A stretch of DNA of 63,205 nt from a candidate division NPL-UPA2 bacterium Unc8 (GTDB lineage Bacteria; NPL-UPA2): the NCBI GenBank assembly GCA_003574845.1, contig NDHY01000001.1, forward strand, positions 135,043-198,247. Reading direction: 5' to 3'. Below the pieces are notes generated by a model that did no database searches, was not told the DNA's origin, and saw only the letters and a program-made list of their open reading frames with translations. Shown here in pieces: positions 1 to 8,560 of the stretch. The position numbers were made by a program, and so were the translations under genes. Position 1 is the first letter of the stretch. Each line of letters begins with the position of its first letter.

Positions 1-445
1 TACTCTGCCACCACTGCGGGAAAGGAAAGGAGACATTCCTCTCCTCATTGAGAATTTTTTGGCAAAATACCGGGGGAAAGAGAGGGAAATAAAAATTTCT
101 GCCGAAGCAAAAGAGCTGCTCATGAATTACCATTGGCCCGGTAATGTGCGGGAATTAGAGAATGTCATTGAGGGAGCAATTGCTCTAAGCTCCGGAAGCA
201 TCATTTCCGCCAAAGATATTGCTCTCAATATGGGTCCAGCGACTACAAGAGAAACGGCAATAGCTGTCAACGAAAGGTTAACGCTGAAAGAGGCAAAGGA
301 AAAGCTTGAGGAGAAATTTATAAAGAAGGCGCTGGAGAAAGCCCGTGGAAACGTGGCACAGATTGGGAGAGAACTCGGGCTAAGTCGCAGGCACCTATAT
401 GAGAGAATGGACCACTACGGCATTAACCCGGGAGCATATAAATGA
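1..445 (+). CDS. Sigma-54-dependent NtrC/PilR-family regulator, C-terminal part (5' end outside window)
   Basis: Frame open from position 2: [15 protein letters not shown]...[14 protein letters not shown], ending in a Fis-type HTH. Confidence 0.9.
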   Translation, partial: TLPPLRERKGDIPLLIENFLAKYRGKEREIKISAEAKELLMNYHWPGNVRELENVIEGAIALSSGSIISAKDIALNMGPATTRETAIAVNERLTLKEAKEKLEEKFIKKALEKARGNVAQIGRELGLSRRHLYERMDHYGINPGAYK

Positions 446-1551
446 AGCGTTCATGGTTTTTGTGGGACGTAGCATACCTGGCGATTTTGGGCTTGCTTAT
501 GGTTCTTTTTATCCTCGGCGCTGTTGCAGTACTCCGATGGGAAGGGCAGCAGCAAATGGCAATTATAGGCGGAATATTCTTCGTCCTGGGATACTTAAGC
601 CACCCCTACCTCTCCCGATCGATTTGGAGCCCGCTGGCAAAACTAATGCGGGAGAGCCGGGGAAGAGACAATAGTCAGCGCGCGCTACCGCAGGAGCTAA
701 TAGAGGATTTACGCCTCTCCCGGCTGGAGGTGAAGCGCTGGTCAGAAGAGTTAGAAAAAAGAGTAGAAGAGAGAACAAGAAAGATAATTGCTCTCCGGAG
801 GAAATTGATTCACTTTGAGAAGATGGCCTCATTGGGTGGGATGGCAGCAGGGGTAGCACACGAGATAAGAAACCCTCTTGGAATTATCGGCATTGCTGCC
901 GGGTACCTGAATAGTTCAATAAGCGCTAACAATGACTCCCTGAGTAAGAGTGAGGTGGCAGTCTTAAGAGAACAGGTTGCAATCATTGAAGAGGAGGTTG
1001 AAAGAATGAGAAGAACCACCGACAACCTTCTCTCCTTCTCCCGATTTTCTCTGGAAGGAGTGCCAGAACCAATTCACATCAACGATGTAATAGATGAGTC
1101 CATTGCTTATCTGCAGGATACTACTCTGCAAGGGATAGAGTTGCTCCGGGACCTTGACCGCACTCTTCCTCCAGTAAGGATTGACCGGGACCAGTTACGT
1201 CAGGTGTTTTTAAACATTATCCAGAATGCTTCCCAGGCAATGTTAGATGGAGGGACAATAGAAATCCACTCTAAGAGGGGAGAGAAGCGCTCAATGGTTG
1301 AGGTCTCCTTTCGAGACACTGGCTGCGGAATCCCTTCAGGGGACCTGAAAAGAATATTTGACCCGTTTTGGACGACGAAGAGCGCCGGGAGGAAAGGGTT
1401 CGGCCTGGGACTGGCAATTTCGCACAACATTATCCGCAAGAACAGAGGAGATATCAGTGTAAAGAGTGTCCTCGGGGAGGGAACAACCTTTACAATCAAG
1501 CTCCCGATAACGGAAAATGGTAAAGAAAGGCACAAAGGCACAAAGTTATGA
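442..1551 (+). CDS. Membrane sensor histidine kinase (NtrB/PilS-like)
   Basis: Two TM segments; H-box AHEIRNPL; N-box [23 protein letters not shown] and GLGLAIS motifs. Confidence 0.92.
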   Translation: MKRSWFLWDVAYLAILGLLMVLFILGAVAVLRWEGQQQMAIIGGIFFVLGYLSHPYLSRSIWSPLAKLMRESRGRDNSQRALPQELIEDLRLSRLEVKRWSEELEKRVEERTRKIIALRRKLIHFEKMASLGGMAAGVAHEIRNPLGIIGIAAGYLNSSISANNDSLSKSEVAVLREQVAIIEEEVERMRRTTDNLLSFSRFSLEGVPEPIHINDVIDESIAYLQDTTLQGIELLRDLDRTLPPVRIDRDQLRQVFLNIIQNASQAMLDGGTIEIHSKRGEKRSMVEVSFRDTGCGIPSGDLKRIFDPFWTTKSAGRKGFGLGLAISHNIIRKNRGDISVKSVLGEGTTFTIKLPITENGKERHKGTKL

Positions 1552-1561
1552 TAAAATAAAG

Positions 1562-1687
1562 GTAAGTATTCAGTGAACACGTTATTCTTGGTAGCCGCAG
1601 GCTTCAGCCTGCGCCGAAGTAACGCAACCTAAAGGTTGCGGCTACCTTCAAACCTGCTTTTATACCACGTCTTTACTGAATATTTAC
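1562..1687. mobile_element. MITE (126 bp) with 21-bp imperfect TIRs and 8-bp target duplication
   Basis: TIRs GTAAGTATTCAGTGAACACGT vs GTAAATATTCAGTAAAGACGT (18/21); AAATAAAG at 1554-1561 and 1688-1695. Confidence 0.75.
1591..1645. repeat. REP doublet (REPIN-like), copy 1
   Basis: GTAG + hairpin cgcaggc-ttca-gcctgcg, then inverted unit cgcaacc-taaa-ggttgcg + gCTAC; near-identical copy at 31654-31749. Confidence 0.8.
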
Positions 1688-1738
1688 AAATAAAGACACA
1701 GACACCTTAAAAACTAAGTCAATAAAGGAATTAATGAT

Positions 1739-3262
1739 ATGTTGAGAGGTTCGGTTGGACTGGACATTGGTGCCAATGCAATAAAAATAGTAGAACTTAG
1801 GAAAGTCGGCGAAAAGGTTCAACTGATAAAGGCAGGGATGGTAGGGATTCCCGACGATTCATCCAGGCAAAAAGACATTCTCTCCAATCTTCTAAGAGAC
1901 TTCAAGGGAAGAGGGAAAGCATTCTCAGTCGCTGTCCCCGGGCAATCTGCCTATATCCGCTATGTAGACCTCCCTCCGCTGGATACTTCTCGCCTTGAGC
2001 AGATGATGGGGTATGAGGCCAAGCAACAGATCCCCGTTCCTTTAGAAGAGGTCCTCTGGGATTATCAGCGCCTGCCTGCAAGAGACCCGTCCAAAACAAG
2101 CATCGTTCTTGTAGCTGCAAAATCGGAGGCAATAGAGAGGCTCCTGGACAATATTGGGAGATTCGGCATTGAACCCTATGCCATTGATTATAGCCCTCTT
2201 GCATCATATAATGCCTTGAAGTTTTCCGGCAGCATAAGTAGCGAAACATCCATTCTTATTGACCTCGGGGCAGAATCAACAAATCTCAGTATTGAGACAA
2301 GAAACTCTCTTTGCTGGACGCGAAGTATCCCGGTTGGCGGGATGTCTCTTACGCGGTCTATAGAAAAGTCTCTCGGAGTAACCCTTATTGAGGCAGAGAG
2401 ATTAAAAAAGGAGGAAGGCGGTGCCCCGGGAAGCGCAGGCAGGGACAGGGTAGTAGAGGCGATGGCTCCATCGCTCAGGCGTCTGGCAGATGAGATCCAG
2501 CGGTCGTTGACGTTTTTCCAGGCAGAGTTAGGTGGTGAAGCGGTCAATAGAGTGATCCTTAGTGGAGGAGGTGTTCATATCAAGGGCATTTCTCAGTTCC
2601 TTAAAGAGGAGCTCGGGGTTAGCGTAGAGACAGCGTCCCCATTGGCGGCACTTTATTCTCCCCTCCCCATTATCTCCCGCGACCAGGAGGCCTTCTTTCA
2701 CGTAGCCATTGGATTGGCACTTCGACCTCTCCTTAAATGCCCTGTTGAGGTAAACCTTCTTCCCCCAAGCATCTTAAAAAAGAAAGAGTTCCGGGCAAAA
2801 AAAGCAGCTCTTGTTATATCACTCATTCTTGCCTTTCTTTCTGCAATCACTTTCCGTGAATTTTTCGCGCAGGATTACAGGATGATAAGAAGCCGCATAG
2901 AAGTGATTGAGGCTGGATTAGCCGAATACAGAAGACATGAGCCGGAAATGAAAATAGCAGCCAAAGAAAAAGAGGACACGCGAGAGCAAGTAGAGGAACT
3001 GGCAAGATTGGCGGCAGAAAGAGTATTCTTGCCCAATCTCCTCCTTGAGCTAACCACGATGCTCCCCGAGGAAATACACCTGAGGAGCTTCTCTTTGGGC
3101 GAGGAAGCAATCAATATTGAGGGAGTTGCTCCACGGCTTCCCCTGATCACAGATTTTGAAACAAGGATTAAGGCATCCCCGCTATTTGGAGCAGTTACCA
3201 CTGAACTGGCCGGCAAGCCGGGGGCACACGAGTTCAGTTTCACAATAAACATAAATGAGTAG
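1739..3262 (+). CDS. pilM: Type IV pilus assembly protein PilM fused to a PilN-like domain
   Basis: VGLDIG actin-like motif, EAKQQIP, LIDLGA, VILSGGG; then VNLLP, a TM segment, coiled coil and PilN-like C-terminus. Confidence 0.88.
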   Translation: MLRGSVGLDIGANAIKIVELRKVGEKVQLIKAGMVGIPDDSSRQKDILSNLLRDFKGRGKAFSVAVPGQSAYIRYVDLPPLDTSRLEQMMGYEAKQQIPVPLEEVLWDYQRLPARDPSKTSIVLVAAKSEAIERLLDNIGRFGIEPYAIDYSPLASYNALKFSGSISSETSILIDLGAESTNLSIETRNSLCWTRSIPVGGMSLTRSIEKSLGVTLIEAERLKKEEGGAPGSAGRDRVVEAMAPSLRRLADEIQRSLTFFQAELGGEAVNRVILSGGGVHIKGISQFLKEELGVSVETASPLAALYSPLPIISRDQEAFFHVAIGLALRPLLKCPVEVNLLPPSILKKKEFRAKKAALVISLILAFLSAITFREFFAQDYRMIRSRIEVIEAGLAEYRRHEPEMKIAAKEKEDTREQVEELARLAAERVFLPNLLLELTTMLPEEIHLRSFSLGEEAINIEGVAPRLPLITDFETRIKASPLFGAVTTELAGKPGAHEFSFTININE

Positions 3263-3342
3263 GAATTGACATAAAAGATGAAAAATGACATAATAAACAT
3301 AAATGAGTAGGAATTGACATAAAAGATGAAAATTGACATAAT
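3244..3342. repeat. 48-bp tandem duplication across the pilM stop / next start
   Basis: aataaacataaatgagtaggaattgacataaaagatgaaaa(a/t)tgacat at 3244 and 3292. Confidence 0.95.
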
Positions 3343-4126
3343 CGAACGCTGGACGAAGTTCCTGCCTATTATAAGCATATTTGGACTCTTTATTGTGGCT
3401 GGTTGCCTGTATTTTTGGGCAGCCCTGCCGATTATCAATAAAATTGACGGGGCAAATCTGGAACTGAAAGAGAAAAAGGCAGAAATGGAGAGATTTCTCC
3501 TCAACCCGCCTTCCCGAGAGAGGATAGCGGAACTCCATAAGGGAAAAGAAATGTTTGCAACCCAATACATGGAAATGGTAAAGAAAATGGGCTTTCCCCG
3601 CCCGGACCCATTATTAAACTTTCCCCTCCATTTTGATGGCATGGAGATGGAGTCCCTGCTCAGGTTTTTTGGCACCAGGATACTTCACGATTACTTTGAG
3701 AAAGAATTAGAGGCAAGCGAAATAAGGCTTCGCCACCTGGGGGCGGGGCGCGGCTTAACCATCCCCCAAAGGTTAGGTTTTGAAGAAGAGAAGCCGAAAA
3801 CCCCGGCAGAGCTTGCTCTGCTTCTTGCCGGAGTGACGATGACAGAGAAACTCCTCGTCACTGCCATTAAAGCAGAAGTGGAAGAAGTCTCCTCAATAGA
3901 GGCGCCGGCGCCTCCCTACAAAGCAATTGCGCCGGAGTTTAAGAAGCTAAGCGCCGAACTTACTCTAAAGACAAGCGCCCTGGCTCTCATTGAGCTTCTT
4001 GACCGGTTGGCAACCGGTGAATATCCCTTCATCATTGAAGACATAGCGGTTGACACTGCCCCTCCGCACCTTAAAGTGAAGCTTCGTGTCTCGACCCGGG
4101 TCCTTCTTGAAGAGGAGAAAATGTGA
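3326..4126 (+). CDS. PilO-like / Amuc_1100-like pilus assembly protein
   Basis: N-terminal TM, coiled coil, C-terminal PilO-like region (ELLDRLATGEYPFIIEDIAV); follows pilMN. Confidence 0.6.
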   Translation: MKIDIIERWTKFLPIISIFGLFIVAGCLYFWAALPIINKIDGANLELKEKKAEMERFLLNPPSRERIAELHKGKEMFATQYMEMVKKMGFPRPDPLLNFPLHFDGMEMESLLRFFGTRILHDYFEKELEASEIRLRHLGAGRGLTIPQRLGFEEEKPKTPAELALLLAGVTMTEKLLVTAIKAEVEEVSSIEAPAPPYKAIAPEFKKLSAELTLKTSALALIELLDRLATGEYPFIIEDIAVDTAPPHLKVKLRVSTRVLLEEEKM

Positions 4127-4677
4127 TAAAAGAGCGCTTAAAAAAAATTATAAAGATAATTGGTAACAATCCGGAAAAAGTTATTCTGTGGTTTTTTATC
4201 CTTATTCTTGTGGCTATGAGCTCATACCTCGTAATAAAGTGGCGCGCAAAAGAGGCTCCGGATGATGTGGCGCCGGTAGTAAGAAGACCATTGGAAGCTC
4301 CGGTGTTAGTAGATTTTGGCGGGCTCATAAAGAGAGAGGGTTATTATCGCGAGAGGTTTCCGAGGGACCCATTCTCTCATCAGCCGCTGGTGCCGGACCC
4401 GGTAGAGGACCCGGTAGAGGACCCGGCGCTGGTGCCGGACCCGGTAGAGGACCCGGCAGAGGATCCCATTATAAGAAAGCCACGGCCACGGTTAACAAGA
4501 ATGATGACTATTGGAGGGAGAAGAGTAGCATTCATTAGAATTGGGAGGGAAACTCATCAGGTAACCGGAGGGGAGAGTATTAATGGATGGAAGGTTCTCA
4601 ATATTAGAGAGGATGGTGCCACCCTCTACAACGAAAAAAGGGGACAAAGGCTTACTTTATTCATTAAAATTCATTAA
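4123..4677 (+). CDS. PilP/GspC-like membrane protein with Pro/acidic linker
   Basis: TM, RDPF motif, PDPVEDP repeats, C-terminal beta domain (VTGGESINGWKVLNI). Confidence 0.55.
   Translation: MIKERLKKIIKIIGNNPEKVILWFFILILVAMSSYLVIKWRAKEAPDDVAPVVRRPLEAPVLVDFGGLIKREGYYRERFPRDPFSHQPLVPDPVEDPVEDPALVPDPVEDPAEDPIIRKPRPRLTRMMTIGGRRVAFIRIGRETHQVTGGESINGWKVLNIREDGATLYNEKRGQRLTLFIKIH
4385..4467 (+). repeat. Coding 12-bp/42-bp tandem repeats (DPVE)
   Basis: gacccggtagag units; cgctggtgccggac at 4385 and 4427. Confidence 0.85.
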
Positions 4678-4700
4678 AATTCATAAACAAAAAATAAAAC

Positions 4701-4729
4701 TTGAAAATACTTAAAAGCTGTTGTATAAT
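4701..4729 (+). promoter_or_regulatory. Sigma70-type promoter for the secretin genes
   Basis: TTGAAA-17 bp-TATAAT, 18 bp upstream of ATG 4748. Confidence 0.65.
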
Positions 4730-4747
4730 GAGGTCGGTGAGAGAAAC

Positions 4748-6448
4748 ATGGAAAGAATAAAGAAAATATGGGTAGTAGCAGCCTTGCTCCTGGTGAGCAG
4801 CAGCATCTCCGCCCATTCCCGGGTGGAGATGATAGACCTCAAAGTAGAGAGAGTAGGAGACGATGTGGTGATAACCATTGAGACCGCCGCACCGGTGGAT
4901 TACAGGTCATTCACCCTGAGAAACCCCCCCAGAACAGTAGTAGATATCACTGGGGTTGCTTTTAAGAGGGCGCCCCTGAGTTTAGAGGTTGAGGGAATAG
5001 CGACTGTCAGTGCCACGCAATACAGGCCCGATATTGTCCGCGTAGTTGCTGACCTTGCGCGACCAATGGAGGCAAAGGTCTCCCGGAGAAGAAATAAGAT
5101 ATTCCTTCGCCTGAGGGTAGGAAAAGAACTGATAGCAGAAAAAAGAGCGGTAGAGTCGGCCATTGAAGCGGTAAGGAAAGATGCCGGGTTGAGAGCGCGC
5201 GAGGCTGCACGAGAAAGAGAGAAAGCCGCAAGAATTACCGACAGAGAGGCGATGAGAAGATTAGGGGAGATAAGAAGGCTTCTTGATGAAGGAAAGATAT
5301 ATCTTGAAAAGGGTAAATTTACAGAAGCAGCTGAAAAATTTGAAGAGGTTCTTTTCCTGGACCCGGGCAATAGAGTGGCGCTGGTTTACTTTGCCCGGGC
5401 AAGTGATGAAGCCGCTATCAGCGAACACCTCCTCAGGGCTCAGCGGCACTTTAACGAAGGCCGCTTTCATGACGCCATTACTGAATTGGAAAAAATACTT
5501 GAACTCTCCCCGAGGCACCGGTCCGCAGAGGACTTAATTTTTACGGCTCAAAAAGCGCTTCTGGACAGAGAGGTAGAGATAGCGAAGATTGAAACGGGGC
5601 TGGTAAGGAGGGAAATGATGGCGGCGGTAGAGAGGGCCGCTCAACCAATGATTGATTATTTTGCCGCTCCACCCCCCCGAAGAGTTATCGGAGAGCTGCC
5701 CGAGGAGGTTTATAGACACCGAGCACAGCTCCTTGGAAGAGAGGTCTCGGAGTTCACCTTTAAGGGTACACCAATCAGAGATGTTCTCTCATTCCTCTCC
5801 GAAGCAAGCGGGGTGACCATCGTCCTTGATGAGAGAGAGATCTGGGCGCTTCACAGAGTAACCGCTCTTACTGTTAACCCGATGCCGCTCTCCTCTGCCC
5901 TGAGCATTCTTCTCAGGCCAAGGGGGTGGGGATATGCCGTAAAGGAGCACTATATCTGGGTCAGCACCAAGGAGCGCCTGGCATTGGGGGGCGGAGGAAA
6001 TCCCCACGGAGGGCATGGTGGAGGAAGGACAAGAAGAGACATAGACAGGGTAATATTACAGGAGTTTGAGTTTATCGGTGTCGACCTGCGAGAGATTCTT
6101 TCTTTTCTTGCCAGAGAAAGTGGGATAAGCATTGTAATGGATAATGAATTATTAGAGGAAGTGACAAAAAAGGTTGTAGTAGGAGAAGAGCTCATAGATG
6201 GAGAAATAACGGAGATTACAGAGGAAATGACTGTAATGAAGGCTCCCGCAGTAACGGTTTCCACGGTCAACCCCATGCCGCTTTCTGCTGCCCTAAGTGT
6301 TATCCTCAGGCCCGGCGGGATGGGTTATACAGCAGAGGAGCACTATATCTGGGTCAGCACTGAAGAGAAAATAGCAGCAGGCGAGGAGGGGAGGAGAGTC
6401 ACAAGATTTTTCCAGCTCCGTCACCCCGTCCACAGAGAGAAGAGGTAG
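4748..6448 (+). CDS. Secretin N-terminal module only (signal peptide, AMIN, TPR, two STN/N0-like domains; no secretin core)
   Basis: AMIN-like FTLRNPPRTVVDI; TPRs; duplicated FKGTPIRDVLSFLSEASGVTIV / FIGVDLREILSFLARESGISIV; ends TRFFQLRH. Confidence 0.75.
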   Translation: MERIKKIWVVAALLLVSSSISAHSRVEMIDLKVERVGDDVVITIETAAPVDYRSFTLRNPPRTVVDITGVAFKRAPLSLEVEGIATVSATQYRPDIVRVVADLARPMEAKVSRRRNKIFLRLRVGKELIAEKRAVESAIEAVRKDAGLRAREAAREREKAARITDREAMRRLGEIRRLLDEGKIYLEKGKFTEAAEKFEEVLFLDPGNRVALVYFARASDEAAISEHLLRAQRHFNEGRFHDAITELEKILELSPRHRSAEDLIFTAQKALLDREVEIAKIETGLVRREMMAAVERAAQPMIDYFAAPPPRRVIGELPEEVYRHRAQLLGREVSEFTFKGTPIRDVLSFLSEASGVTIVLDEREIWALHRVTALTVNPMPLSSALSILLRPRGWGYAVKEHYIWVSTKERLALGGGGNPHGGHGGGRTRRDIDRVILQEFEFIGVDLREILSFLARESGISIVMDNELLEEVTKKVVVGEELIDGEITEITEEMTVMKAPAVTVSTVNPMPLSAALSVILRPGGMGYTAEEHYIWVSTEEKIAAGEEGRRVTRFFQLRHPVHREKR

Positions 6449-6453
6449 AATAA

Positions 6454-7470
6454 ATGGCAAGAGCAAGGTGTTTTTTCTTCTTAATTTTATTTTTGATTGG
6501 GCTCCAGACTCTTTCCTTTGCCAGAGAGCCCGATATTATTCCGCAGTTAAGAGAGGACTTCCCGGGGGCAATCATCTCCTTTGACCCGGCGACAAACACC
6601 ATAGTTGTCACCGCCACCCCCGAGGAGCAGCAAAAAATCGGGGAGATGCTTGAAGTGCTGGATACCCCCCCTCCCCAGATTGCCATTGAGGCAAGGTTCA
6701 TTGAGTTTATTGTTACCGATACAGGTGAGTTGGGCGGCGAACTTCGGCTCCCTGACCTTGAGGTAGGAGAGATAGCCGCAGATGCAACCGTGGATATCGT
6801 TGTCAACTGGGCATTGGGCGTAACGCCTTTTCCGGTGGATGCCGCCGCAGGTATCATCAGGCTGCTCCGGGACCCCCCGAGAGTGACCCCGGCAGTAACC
6901 AAAGCCATCATACGAGCCCTGGCAAAAGAAGGAAGAGTAGAGGTCATCTCTGCCCCACGGGTGGTGACCTTAAGCGGACATACAGCCGAAATTAAACTTG
7001 AAACGAAGGTTCCTTATCTCACTGAGGTAAGGTTTGTTGAGGGGGTGCCAGAGTTTCCACCTCCAGCAGAAAAAGAAGCGGGAATCTTCTTAGAGGTAAC
7101 CCCTGCTGCCATTGAAGGAGGTGCCCTCATTACAATGGAGATTAAGCCGACCGTTAAGTTCCTGGTGAGGAGAGTGCCGGGAGTGCCGGGAGTTCCAAGA
7201 GACTTTGCCCACCCCATTATTGATGAGCGCACTACTCAGACTCATGCAGTAATTGAATCGGGAGAGACAATTATCTTGGGAGGGTTAATCGGGAGGGAAG
7301 AGAGGATGGTGGACAGGAAGCTTCCCATCCTCGGGGATATCCCCGTTTTAGGACAACTTTTCTTCAGGCACAGGTATCACCTTGATGAAAAAAGAAAGCT
7401 TCTTATTTTCCTCACCGCCCATCTCGTTGACCCCTGGGGTGAGATTATTGTCGCAAGGAGGGAGAATTGA
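6454..7470 (+). CDS. Short secretin core paralog 1 (partial N3 + secretin domain)
   Basis: Signal peptide; DPATNTIVVTATPEE, PQIAIEARFIE, ISAPRVVTLSG, LGGLI, KLPILGDIPVLGQLF. Confidence 0.88.
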   Translation: MARARCFFFLILFLIGLQTLSFAREPDIIPQLREDFPGAIISFDPATNTIVVTATPEEQQKIGEMLEVLDTPPPQIAIEARFIEFIVTDTGELGGELRLPDLEVGEIAADATVDIVVNWALGVTPFPVDAAAGIIRLLRDPPRVTPAVTKAIIRALAKEGRVEVISAPRVVTLSGHTAEIKLETKVPYLTEVRFVEGVPEFPPPAEKEAGIFLEVTPAAIEGGALITMEIKPTVKFLVRRVPGVPGVPRDFAHPIIDERTTQTHAVIESGETIILGGLIGREERMVDRKLPILGDIPVLGQLFFRHRYHLDEKRKLLIFLTAHLVDPWGEIIVARREN

Positions 7471-8444
7471 AAGGTGTAGGAGCAATATTATTGGTGGCAC
7501 TCTTCCTCGTCTGGTCCACTCCTGTCCGGGGAGAAAATATTGTTACCATATTAGAGGAGCGATTTCCTGAGATAAAAGTCAGGCTGGACCCTGTTCACGG
7601 CATCCTTACCATTGACGCCACCCCCGAAGAGCATGAGGAGATCAGGAAAATTCTTAGAAAATTAGATATCCCTACTCCTCAGATCAGTATTGAAACAAAA
7701 TTCCTTGAGCTCACCGTTACCGAGCTTGGTGAGGTGATGGTTGACCTGGACGCATTAGGAATAACGATTGAAGGAGAACCTGTTCAGCTTGAGATACCCT
7801 GGGACCCGAGGTATCCAGAGACAGCCATCACCTTCTTCGGAAGGAAGGGCGACCCCAGGGCGCTGACGGCAGTGCTGCGAGCACTTGAAGAAGAAGGTGA
7901 GGTAGAGGTCATCTCTGCCCCACGGGTGACCACCCTTAATAACCGGGAAGCAACCATTGACATTATGGTATCGGTCCCCTATGTCGGTGAGATTACGCGT
8001 GAGAACATAGGAACAGTAGAAGCGCCAGTCTGGGTGGTAACTTACCATATTGAGGAGGAGGAGGCGGGTGTCCTTCTCAGGGTAACTCCTTCGGTTACCC
8101 CGGGGGGGACGCGGATTACCCTGCACCTTGAACCCACAGTCAGAATAGTAGAGGAAAGGCTGTCTCTCTTTGGTGTAGGCGCTGAGCTTGACTGGCCGAT
8201 TATGGCTGAGCGGACAGTCACCACCCAGATGGTGGTTGAGTCTGGAGGGACAGTTGTTCTTGGCGGGATGATTGATAGCAGAAAAACGGCGGAGAAGGGA
8301 AGAATCCCGCTCCTTGGAGACATTCCTATTTTAGGGCATCTTTTCAGGTTCCAGCACTATAGAGATGAAAAAAAAATGCTCCTTATTTTCCTCACACCCC
8401 ATATTCTCTCCCCTGCCGGCGAGAAAATTGTGGCTGCGCGGTAG
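7467..8444 (+). CDS. Short secretin core paralog 2 (partial N3 + secretin domain)
   Basis: Signal peptide; PQISIETKFLE, ISAPRVTTLNN, LGGMI, RIPLLGDIPILGHLF. Confidence 0.88.
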   Translation: MKGVGAILLVALFLVWSTPVRGENIVTILEERFPEIKVRLDPVHGILTIDATPEEHEEIRKILRKLDIPTPQISIETKFLELTVTELGEVMVDLDALGITIEGEPVQLEIPWDPRYPETAITFFGRKGDPRALTAVLRALEEEGEVEVISAPRVTTLNNREATIDIMVSVPYVGEITRENIGTVEAPVWVVTYHIEEEEAGVLLRVTPSVTPGGTRITLHLEPTVRIVEERLSLFGVGAELDWPIMAERTVTTQMVVESGGTVVLGGMIDSRKTAEKGRIPLLGDIPILGHLFRFQHYRDEKKMLLIFLTPHILSPAGEKIVAAR

Positions 8445-8470
8445 TTGGCTAATCCATCAAAAAAAATAAA

Positions 8471-8560
8471 ATGCCATCAGGAAGAAAGAAAAAAAAGACA
8501 AAAATGGCCAAGCACAAGCGCAAAAAGAGACTGCGCCGCGACCGGCACAAGAAAAAATGA
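8471..8560 (+). CDS. Small basic AURKAIP1/COX24-domain (bS22/mS38-like) protein, not in ORF track
   Basis: MPSGRKKKKTKMAKHKRKKRLRRDRHKKK*; stop overlaps the bamD start (ATGA). Confidence 0.8.
   Translation: MPSGRKKKKTKMAKHKRKKRLRRDRHKKK

Noticed and set aside
1551-1738. Sigma-54 promoter for pilM
   Set aside because: No convincing TGGCAC-N5-TTGC motif was found.
3244-3342. Possible CRISPR array
   Set aside because: Adjacent tandem copies with no spacers and no cas genes; no CRISPR was seen anywhere in the window.
2875-3675. 266-aa antisense ORF with an internal repeat
   Set aside because: Shadow of pilM and the PilO-like gene; the repeat is just the 48-bp duplication.
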